From Piromyces finnis finn (Eukaryota > Fungi > Neocallimastigomycota), in contig MCFH01000026.1 of the NCBI GenBank assembly GCA_002104945.1, positions 558,001 through 622,000 of the forward strand: 64,000 nt of DNA, in the 5' to 3' direction. Below are positions 39,932 to 50,433 of this stretch, piece after piece; the first letter of the stretch is position 1; every line of letters begins with the position of its first letter. A program made the translations under genes and the position numbers. The notes under the pieces are model-generated. The model was not told the DNA's origin. It saw nothing but the letters and a program-made list of their open reading frames with translations, and searched no databases.

Positions 39932-41404
39932 GTATTCATAATCGCTATCATCTTCATCATTGATGGTTCTAACAAGGCGGCCTTTAACATATTCTTTTTC
40001 TTCATTGTTTGGGACAGAGGAATCTACTTTCGGCTTTTTGGTCAAGCTTTGGTCGAGAACATCATGATCTAACTGATCATTCTTTGACTTCTTTCTTGGT
40101 TTTCTCTTTCTTTTGTCTTTATTACAATGTCTGGCACAATAACCAGAACTAAAAGCGATTTTCTTAGAGTCGTAGAAAGCATTTGGATTATGCTTCTTTA
40201 TCCACGGCAAACCAAGAATAACATCAACACCGGGGACTTGTAATCCATAAAGTTGAATTACTTCGAAGTGATTTTTGCAACGGAGCATGCACTTCTCAGT
40301 CCTTTCCCAAACACTAACAATTCCATCACTAACACCAGATACACGGAATGGTTCCACTTTTTTCAAATTAATACCAAGGTCTTCAGCAAGACTTGGATTA
40401 ATGAAATTCAATTCAGAACCGGAATCAATTAAAACCTTAATTTTAACTTCCGAGACTTCATTGGTACTCAAGTAAAAGTCCACAAGGTTTAAATCACTTT
40501 TCACTCCCTTGACTCCAACTTTGTAAATTTTTGGATTAACAATTTTTGGAGTCCTTTCTTTCACAATTCTTAACACTTTTCTGGGCTTTACTCTATTAGG
40601 ACAATTAAATTTTAAATGTCCTGGCTGTTTACAAAGAAGACATAATCCTTTTTTCTTTTCTTCTTCAAAGTTGTCTATGTTTTCACTGTAATTTTTACTT
40701 GATCCTTGGATGTTCACATACCTTTTACGTTTATTTTCTCTAATAATTCTAAACACATCCACATCCATAGGATCATTAGCCCTTCTACCATTAAAATAAA
40801 ATTCACTAAGCGAATTCCTTTTCATCATATCTTCAACTAAAATAGTTGAAGAAATCAATTGTTCAACTGAAGTTGGGTTTGATTCAATGAAAGCCAACTT
40901 CTCCCTAAGTGGTGGTAATAAACCTTTCAGAAACATGTAGATTTTTGCGCTATCATTAAAGATTGAATTTTGGCTAATACGTTGAAACTCGGTAATGTAA
41001 TCTAATACCTGACCAAATTTCCTTTGGCGAAGATTATCTAGTTTACCGCTAGCTACAACGGTATCGTATCTATAACTGCCAAAATTAGCCTTCAACCTAT
41101 CTACAAATTCATCATAATGATTTAAAACCCCACTATTATTCTTCATCAACACTGAAGCCCATTCCAAAGGTTTACCAGAGAAGTATGATATAACAAAGTC
41201 GACCTTGACTCGATCTGTATTATACAGTGTCGGTCGAGTACGAAATACCAACTCAACTTTGGTTAAAAATCCATCCAATTCTCTTTGTTTACCAGAGAAT
41301 ATTGGTGGAGCATTAATAATGTTCCCCGAATTCCCAGAAACACCCATAGTCCTATCACCCATCTCTAAATTTAAACTTTCAAACTCACTAATTAAGGCCT
41401 CCAA
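39932..41404 (-). pseudogene. gag: Gag-protease single ORF of Ty3 element C, cut by element B
   Basis: PPIFSGKQRELDGFLTKVEL, YFSGKPLEWA, CLLCKQPGHLKFNC and VLIDSGSELNFI in one frame. It ends at DEDDSDYEY, at the LTR B junction. Confidence 0.88.
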
Positions 41405-42612
41405 CGTAAACTATTAAATAAAATAAAAAATGTTTTCTTACTACTGTTTAAGTAAGTAATCTTAATTTTTTTTTACACTAATACAATCTATTTAAATACA
41501 AAAGTTATTAAACGCGTTCTGCAAAGCAGTGTCGAACAATTTTTGTATCTATATATTGATTCCTTCGGCTATAGTAACTGTAGAATTCCTTTAACTAGGG
41601 CAGCAACAGAGTTTAACCTATAATTGTTTCAGTAATTCCTCTTCTGTAGTAGCAACCAAGTACTTGTAATGTTGAACACTGGAAGAATTGTAATGCTGAC
41701 ACAGAAAGAATAGATTAGGATATCTATTCTATTACAATAACACTAAATTTAAAATAAAATAAAAATTGTTTTATTAAAAAATATCTTTTATTATAATAGA
41801 AATTTATTAATAACAATTACATCGATCAAAATGATGAAAAATATCTTCTATTTATATTTTTCCTAAGTACATTTATATTATATTATAACTATTTATTTCT
41901 TATATATTATTATTTAAAATCTACACTAAAATCTTAATTATTAATAAATATTTAAACTATAACTATTTTTAGTAAAATACAATTGGCAATTCAAATTAAG
42001 TACTATTCAATTTGAATATATGCCCATGTATTATTTATATATTAATCATTTAATATTTAATATTATAAATTGAGAATAACAATTACTGATACTAATTATA
42101 TATTCTCATGATTAATTAATTAATAATTATAACTAATGATTTTTGATCCAAAGGCTTTTTTGGTTTGATTATGATTGAGGTTATTAATCAAAATTATTTG
42201 AAAAATTATTAATTAATTTTTATAATTGATTAGGTTTGTAATCAAGAATATTTATTATCTAACCTTATTTAATAATAATGGAGAAGTTTTAAATTGAATT
42301 ATTTATAGAAAGTTGGATGACTTGAATAATGACTTTAATTATATAAATTAATATTAATCATTTAAATTATTTATAAGTTCTCATAATTTTTGACTAGTTT
42401 CTAGTAATATGATAATACAATATATTATAACATATCGCCATATTTCACATATTTGAAAATAATAAAATTTATATTACTTTTATATTAAATAAAAATATAT
42501 AAAAAAAGAAGGTTATTGGATAAAAATAACAGAATTATAGTGAAAATGGTGTAATAATTCATTAATAAAATTATAGACTATTTGTTAAATACTATTTGAT
42601 ACCAATTTTAAT

Positions 42613-42936
42613 TTTTTTTTTTTTTTTTTAGACTACCATATATCCTTAAACAGTATGACAGACCAGGAGGGTCACAACCACCTAGCAATAGGAATGAGCC
42701 AACGTTTCTATAAGAACCACCATTGGAGCTAACTCTGATCGATGGGAGAAATGCACTCGGAAGTTAAAAAAAAAAAAAAAAAACCATATATCCTCATCTA
42801 ACCCCCCTGAGTTATATATGGTATGTGATTGTACATTATTGTACATTGCCATATCAGAACGACGTCGGCACAATCATCCCTCTGGGCAGGGCTAATATGG
42901 AATGGCTTATTGCTCTTAACGATCCTATCACACAAA
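42613..42936 (-). mobile_element. Short poly(A)-tailed retroposed fragment (outer) with 15-bp TSD
   Basis: TSD gataccaattttaat at 42598-42612 and 42937-42951; T17 at 42613-42629; GC-richer body of about 160 nt. Confidence 0.85.
42647..42782 (+). mobile_element. Short poly(A)-tailed retroposed fragment (inner) with 12-bp TSD
   Basis: TSD accatatatcct at 42635-42646 and 42783-42794; 119-nt body plus A17. Confidence 0.88.
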
Positions 42937-44688
42937 GATACCAATTTTAATAATTATGATCAACTTCACAATTTACTATAGTTTTTATTATTTTAATTAA
43001 TAGTTATCAACTATGTTACTTTATAATTTAAATATATTAATTAATTATATTAATTACATTTTAGTACATTTACATAAAGTATATTATATACTATTACTAC
43101 ATGTATTTTATATCATTGTAAGCCACATATATTTAGTTTATATTTTATTTCTAACATCATTTATATATATATTGTAAATAATAAAACATTTTAAATATTT
43201 ATTAAAATATATTTAAAAATGTGTTATTGCGTTATTATATATTATTAATTTACTTATATTAAAGTTTTAGATAAAAATTAATTATTCTTTTAAATAAATT
43301 TTTACAATTTTTTTATATTATTAAAATAAAAAATAATATATTATAATAAAGAATTACATATATAAGTCTTAATTTATATTTATAAATATAAATATAGGCA
43401 CTCAAAATTAATATTTTACTATTATCTTATTATAAAATAATCATTATAAAATATAATTTCATTTTATACATCCAACATATTTTTTAAAGATTTTAAAGCT
43501 TCAATTAATTAAATAAAAATAAAATTATTAAACTAGTAATTCTAAACATTGATTTAATTAATGTTAAGCATATCAACAGGTCAATCGTTTATATAAATAT
43601 TTTAGTGTTTAATTTTATTATATTTTTATATACTTTTTTTTTGTTAGTATGATACTATATATAATTATTCCCGCTCATGATAGTGTATCTTATGATTCAA
43701 AATGGATTATAGTTCCATGGGTTGAAATTCAAGCTTTAATTCAAAATCTGATATTCAATTGTTTTTTTTTATAATTGCTCTTTAATAGTTAAAGCTTAAA
43801 TTATAAAAAAAAAAACAATTGAATATCAGATTTTGAATTAAAGAACTTTAATGAATTATATCTTATACAAAATTACAAAATAGATATATATAATATAATG
43901 ATAAAAATTAAATATCATTTTCAATAATGACTATATAGGCTTTACTTTCAATCACAATTTTTATAAACATTTTTTTTTATTTGAGTTTAGTTTTTAACGA
44001 AATTATAAATATGAATTATGAATTTAATAAATTTTATTTATATATTTATTACAAATGAAAAATATCATAATAAAAGTTAATAAACACAAAACATTCAATA
44101 TATAATATATTTATTTATATAAATTTTTAATAATAATGACAAATTATTAATTATTAATAAAAATAAAAATTATTTAATTATTAAATTTATTTCATACTAA
44201 TATTTATTTTAGGTTTTTTATAGTATTTTTTATAAAACTTTATTTAGTTATTAACTCGAATAGAGAAGTGATAACTAACTTAACTTATTTTATAATTAAC
44301 TAATATTATAGTAAACCTTTTACAATTTTAATGCTTTATAGTTGATTATTTTGTTAGTCTAGTTCTAGTTTTATTAAAACGTTCTAAAAAATTTATTTTT
44401 TTTAAAATAATTATTGTTTAATAACAATTATTTGTAATATTTTATTTAATATTATATTATATTATATTATATTTAAAAGAAATAAATTTATTATTATAAA
44501 TAATTATTTTTTTTAACATTTTATTATATAAAATTATTTTTTCTAAATTTCAAAATTCATAATTAATAATATACAAATTCATATTTATGAAATAAATTTA
44601 ATTAATAGATAATTTTATTAAATTTATTTCACAAGATTAACAAAGAGAAAAAGTTGCATTATAAATATTACAGTTACATAATGTGATG

Positions 44689-45109
44689 TGATATAAAAAT
44701 AATATGTGACTTGAATATTATTATATTAGTAAATTTTTTCTAATATTAAATTTATATAGTTTTATTATAATATTAATTATTTCTTCAAGGTATAAGAATA
44801 TAAATGTATGACAAATGTAAAAACATGTAATGTAAAAGAGTTATCTAGATGTATAATCCATATGATTCCAGACTTATAATTGTCCAATTATAAGTCTGGA
44901 ATTATTAAGTAAGCCTCATTAGAATAAATAGACTAGGGAATAATTATTATTAAGGAGGCTTCTTGTTTTTAGTAAAAGTTTAATGGCTAACAACGACAGA
45001 ATTAACGTTTTAGACAGAATAGAAATATTGGAGTGTAATAAATAAAGTTAATAATAAAACATATATTATTTAAAGTTAAATTTTTTCTACATAAAATTAA
45101 CCCGTATCA
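44689..45109 (+). mobile_element. Solo LTR of family A (diverged)
   Basis: TGATATAAAAATAATATGTGACTTG...AATTAACCCGTATCA, 421 bp, 4-bp TSD GATG. Confidence 0.92.
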
Positions 45110-45869
45110 GATGTGATATGAAATTAATATGTCTAGCTACACATTAGCCATATTTAAAATAATTTTTATTATTTAAAATATTGCTTTTCATATTTAAAAA
45201 TTTATAATTAATTAATAATTGTTAAATAAAAATCTTGCTATTTTAATGGAAATTATTTATAAAATTTATTCAATAAATTTTATGGAATAATTAAATAATA
45301 ATTAATTTTAAAACATCAAGGTTAAGAAATGAAATTTGGATAAATATTTAAATTAACAGATAATTAAATTTAAATATTTTAAATATTCAAATTAAATCTT
45401 AAAAAGTTTTTATTTAATTAAAATTAGTTTAATAACTTTAGCGTAGTTTTAAAATAAGTTTTTTTAATAAGAAATATATTATAAGTAGTATTATTAATAT
45501 TAAAATAATATATAAATAATACATGGACTGTATTCAATTTGCAGTTTAGTTTTATTATTTTATTATTTATTTAAATTTGTATTAAATTAGTTTTGTTTAT
45601 TTTATATTAAATATATGTATAATTGAATGAAAAATATATATAATGAATGTAAATGATAAAACATATAAATACATGTATTTTTTCCAAATTTTAAATAAAC
45701 GTAGTTGTTATTGACTATTATATAGTTAATATCCTTTAAAAAGAAATATTAATTGAAACTTTTATTTATTAATTTTAGTGTTTAATTTTTTATATTTTTT
45801 TTGTATTTTATTGTAAAAATAATAATCTGTTTTAAAATTATTATTTTACAGTTATTACTATTATTCTTA

Positions 45870-46624
45870 TTATAAGCCTAAGTTGTTTTGCTCAACTTTA
45901 GGCTTATTACTGGGCTTGTTGTTCTTTTGCTTTATCTCAGCCCATTTAGAAGGTCTACATGGGTCTGTGATATCCAACAAGGCCATTATAGTTTTCTGGC
46001 GATCTCTCTTGTCGTACTTTTCTATGGTATCATTACGGAAGACTGCTTGATGATTGTTGCACTTCAACAGTATTTCACTCAATGTTTCCAACGTACGTTC
46101 CTGTTCAGGGATATCATAGAACGCTTCCCTAACAGAAGGCCTGACCTGCTGTATTAACACTTGTCTCCTGACGTTTTCAGGAAGTCCAAGTGTTTCCGTC
46201 AACTCATTGAATTCTTCTAAGTAGTAGTATGCTTTTCCCCACTCGTGTGTGAGTTTCAGCAACTTAGACTTACAGAGTTCGTAGGGAGACTCTGGTGGAA
46301 ACTTATCTTGTAGGTGGAGGAATAACGTGTCAGCGTTAGGGTTCCTACGCTGTAGTGTACTCTCCCTTAACCTGTACTATCTCAATACCTTTCCACCTAG
46401 ATGATCCTCAATGAAGCTAACCTTAGCCTTTTCGTCATTATCATAGTCGTATGGATAACGTTTGAAATGGTGTAAGTACTTTTCTTGAGAACCCTCTAAG
46501 TCTATCCCATTATTATCAAACATAGGTATTTTTTCTTCATACCTATGCACTCGCCAGTCGAATATCTTCACGTCCCCATCCTCGGAATATTCCGTAGGGT
46601 TGGTACTGCTACTTGTTCCAGCAC
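45870..46624 (-). pseudogene. Ty3-type gag capsid region (probable C-terminal part of the 47756-49534 ORF)
   Basis: KIPMFD...EKYLHHFKRY...KVSFIEDHLGGKVLR*YR...LLKLTHEWGKAYYYLEEFNELTETLG, with TAG at a Trp-like position. No pol follows. Confidence 0.65.
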
Positions 46625-47026
46625 TGTAACAACGCGAGAGACTCAGGTTAACACAATACTAATTAACTATTTTTTGTATTAATAGTATATTTTATTAATA
46701 ATTTGATTATTTAATATTATTAATACAAATTAACCATAACACTAATTCTAAAGACTAAATATACATGAATTTCATAAATCATTTATATTTACTATTTATA
46801 AATATTCTTATTCAATAATTATGAATAAATATCATTCATAACGATTGGTTACTTCAATTATTTAAATAAAAAAGAAGAAATAGAAATAGACAAATATTAT
46901 GGATTAAATATAGCGATTGCTATATTTAATCCATAATATAGAGAACCCGAAGTCGAACACATGACAAGTAGTTCAGCGTCCAACAACCTGACGACGAAGC
47001 CAGCTTGGGAAACCCCGAAATACAAT
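46625..47026 (-). mobile_element. Third LTR of family B, lacking about 30 bp at one end
   Basis: tgtaacaacgcgagagactcagg...ccccgaaatacaat matches 34471-34907 until about 47026. Confidence 0.9.
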
Positions 47027-47713
47027 TGTAAGAAACATATATATAGAATTTATCTAATTCTATATAATTTATCTATTTTCTTATTTTGTTAAGGATCTAA
47101 GATGAATTTAGGTAAGTTAGGTCAGAATGCCCTAACCCTACTTATTAATTTAATATAAATCATGTTTTATTATAATACTTTTATTTATTAATAAATTTAT
47201 TAATACATCTTATTAATCAAATATTTTATTAATTCGCTAAGTAGAGTTATCAACTTAATGATTTCTCGAAAAGTTCAATTGTTGAATTAAATTCGAGTAT
47301 TTATAATTTTTAAATCAATTAATAAATAATTAATCTATTTAATAAAGTTACATTAATTATAAAATACATGATTTCAATTTTAATATAATTAACTATTCTA
47401 TAAATTAAAATGTATTAAATATTTATATAATGACTTTAAGCTTATGACTTTTCTTTATTTAATTGCTTAAGTCATTTCAATCATTTGAGGGAGGAATGAC
47501 TAACTATTTCATTTATTTAAATTTCCTTCCACATCAAATGAACAAAGAGATATTATTTAAACTTTAATAAATATAAAATCTTAATAATTATAATTAATAA
47601 ATATCTCTAAAAATATTGTTTAATAATGTTTTATAAAATTATTATTCCTAATTAATTAAATGAATAAAACATTATTTAAATAAATTATCATGAATCCACT
47701 AATATTCATGACA
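47027..47713. other. AT-rich block with TGT...ACA ends, possible LTR of another family
   Basis: Starts TGTAAG, ends ATGACA; no TSD and no second copy in the window. Confidence 0.3.
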
Positions 47714-47755
47714 TATTTTTTTTTTAACTTCCGAGTGCATTTCTCCCATCGATCC

Positions 47756-49534
47756 CGTATTATAAATCCTTGGGTGATTCTTAAAATAGTAGTATTGTTC
47801 GCTTCTTGAACCCTTGCTAAAGTCCGGTTTGGTTTCTTGTAGGAGCTGCTGAAATCGCTCCTTGTTTGTATCCTCCGGGGTGTTGTAGACTTTTGTACGA
47901 CGAAATTTCATATCGAAATAATTTTCTTTGGCTTCTTTATCCTTGAATCTAGCATTGAATCTTGAGGTTAGGTCTCCTGGAAGTCTTGGATTATAAGAAG
48001 ATGATGCTCTATGAGATTCTTCTTTGATGGTATCTATTTTTCTATTGAACTTTTCTTCCTGTTCTTTGAATCTTTCATCCACACGTTTATCTTGTTCTTC
48101 TTCACGATTATCGAGAGTGGAGTGTCCGATGAATGATTTGCTTCTGAACTTGGAAATATTGGAAAGGGAAATTTCATCAGATGGGAAGCTAAAATTAGTT
48201 TCCATAAGATATTTTTCATTAATTAGAGTATTAATTATTCTAGAACATTTATCATTTTTGGGAGTGATGATTACATTTAATGTATTGGGGTTAGTGTCGA
48301 TCTTAAATAAAACCTTTGTTTTGGGATTAGAGTGGAATAAAAGTTTATATTCTTCTTGAAGATTACTAATGTGAAGATGATCGACGCTATTAAGCTTGCG
48401 CTTAATTATGGTTAATTCATTTAGGCATTCTTTAATTGAATCATTATTGACGGAAGATTGTATATCCTCATACTTATTGAGAATATCTTCATAGAGGTTT
48501 CTTAGAGTAACGATTTTTACGCCTATCTCTTCATTATCGGTAGCATTCAACTGTTCAGTTTCTAATGACTTGATTCTTTCCTGAATTTGAGTTTGTATGA
48601 TGGCATGTTCCTCTAAGGTTTCTTTAAAATTCTGTATATTTTTGATAAAATTTTCTTCAGTCTTTCCATTCATGTGATGGGTAGTGACTAACTGGTTCTG
48701 TAGTTTTTGGATAGCTTCTTTTGAATCTACTCTTGTAGCCTGAAGCTTCTCGGCCATTTCATTCTTTATTACTGTTGTAAGATTGTCTGTGTAGGCCTTG
48801 TTTTCTACTGTTTGCTGTGTTATATTTTTAAATTCCTTCTCCAAGTTTGATATTTTATTAGTGAGTTGTATAATTTCTTGATTGGTGTTATCAATAATGC
48901 TCTGCTGTTGTGTAAGTCCGTTTTCCAATGGTAATAAATCTTGGGACTTAGCAGAATTAAGCTGGGATTGTTGAAGTTCTTCGCGGACTTCGTTAACAGC
49001 TATGTTCAGATCCCCGGGCTTGACTGTGTTTAAATCAATAACGTTTGCCAAATTTTGTACTTGGAAACTATCGGCTTTGTTTGCAAGTTTAGTATCTTGT
49101 TGGTCAAGTCTTTTGTTTTGTTCGGAGATTGAGGTTTGTAGGGTAGCATTCAGGGTTGCAGTAAGGTTGACAAATTGAGCCTGAATTTGTTCCATAAAAT
49201 TTTTCATAATAGCTTGGAGTTCTTCCTTGTTGTTATTATTTTCGGTCTTGAGTTCTTTATACATGTTATCCATAGAGGATAACAAAGTGGCTACATTGTT
49301 TTCAGGGTTGTAGTTAAATATTGGACTGTTGCCTCCCATGCTATTCTTAATTTCAGTTTCTAAGGTTTTTTTATTGTCAATATCATCAGATAGTTTATCC
49401 AGATAATCGTTAACGCCGGACATGCTAGACTTAGATTCATTTTCTATCTTTTCAACCTCCATTGCTTGTGGGGTTTCTGTTGGATGATTGACTTCTTCCT
49501 TTGTGGGTAGTTTTCCCTTTTCTTGAGAGTTCAT
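47756..49534 (-). CDS. Long coiled-coil ORF (about 593 aa before insertions), probable N-terminal extension of a gag
   Basis: Stop-free and rich in Q/E/K/L/N heptad-like stretches. The last codons of the track ORF (47699-47755) come from an inserted 29-nt+poly(A) tail and flanking sequence. Confidence 0.6.
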
Positions 49535-50433
49535 TACTATTTTAATTATTGCCTTAAATTTGACTGTAGTATAATTAGTTTAACCTTGATTGTTAGGTAT
49601 GAGATTATATTGTGTTGGGTTAACTGGCTCAACGGATTTAAACGATTTTCTAGAAAGAGTTAAGTAGTTTTTTCTAAAAAATTTTAAGTACTATTCAATT
49701 TGAATATATGCCCATGTATTATTTATATGTTAATCATTTAATAATTATATACTATTTATCTATTTCTATAAAAAAACAATACTAAAACTAGGTATTTAAA
49801 TTTAGAATTCTAATTTACTTGTTAAACATTAAAAATAAATTAATAATTTATTTTGTTTTAAACTTTAATTATTAATAAATAAATTATGTCTCATTTTCTT
49901 TTTCTGAATATAATTTGTGTAACTTAAACAATAATACTTATGGCTTAAGTTACATTAAAGATATCAAGTTGAGGCGTTTGATATCTTTACAAGAATAGAT
50001 TAGGATATCTATTCTATTACAATAACACTAAATTTAAAATAAAAAATAAAAATTGTTTTATTAAAAAAATATCTTTTATTATAATAGAAATTTATTAATA
50101 ACAATTACATCGATAAAATGATGAAAAATATCTTCTATTTATATTTTTCCTAAATACATTTATATTATAACTATTTATTTCTTATATATTATTATTTAAA
50201 ATCTACACTAAAATCTTAATTATTAATAAATATTTAAACTATAACTATTTTTAGTAAAATACAATTGGCAATTCAAATTAAGTACTATTCAATTTGAATA
50301 TGTGCCCATGTATTATTGATATATTAATCATTTATTATTTATATATTATTTATCTATTTCTATGAAAACAATACTAAAACTAGGGATTTAAATTGAGACT
50401 ATTAATTTACTTGTTAAACATTAAAAATAAATA

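Larger units (their letters stand above)
41689..49991 (-). mobile_element. Family-D LTR split into 41689-42055 and 49684-49991 by a 7.6-kb block
   Basis: The outer ends are D termini with TSD AGAAT. The halves overlap by 60 bp (41996-42055 = 49684-49743, 1 mismatch) and sum to about 615 bp, one LTR length. Confidence 0.75.
41665..50433 (-). mobile_element. Family-D LTR (D-prime), 5'-truncated: pieces 41665-41688 and 49997-50433, split by another D copy
   Basis: Joining tgtaatgttgaacactggaagaat (41665-41688) to agattaggatatc (49997+) restores the reverse complement of the D 3' end. TSD AGAAT at 41684-41688 and 49992-49996. Confidence 0.75.

Noticed and set aside
39491-39935. GTAT on both sides of LTR 39495-39931, suggesting a solo LTR
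   Set aside because: The left GTAT is part of the 12-nt self-priming complement, and the LTR is joined to B gag, so this is treated as coincidence.
41648-41658. TGGTTGCTACT as a PBS for element C after LTR D-prime
   Set aside because: It is 6 nt from the LTR end and only partly similar to a tRNA-Leu end, so D-prime cannot be firmly assigned as C's own LTR.
42737-42765. GATCGATG resemblance to 5.8S rRNA
   Set aside because: Similarity is limited to about 8 nt; the surrounding sequence does not match and it is followed by poly(A) and a TSD.
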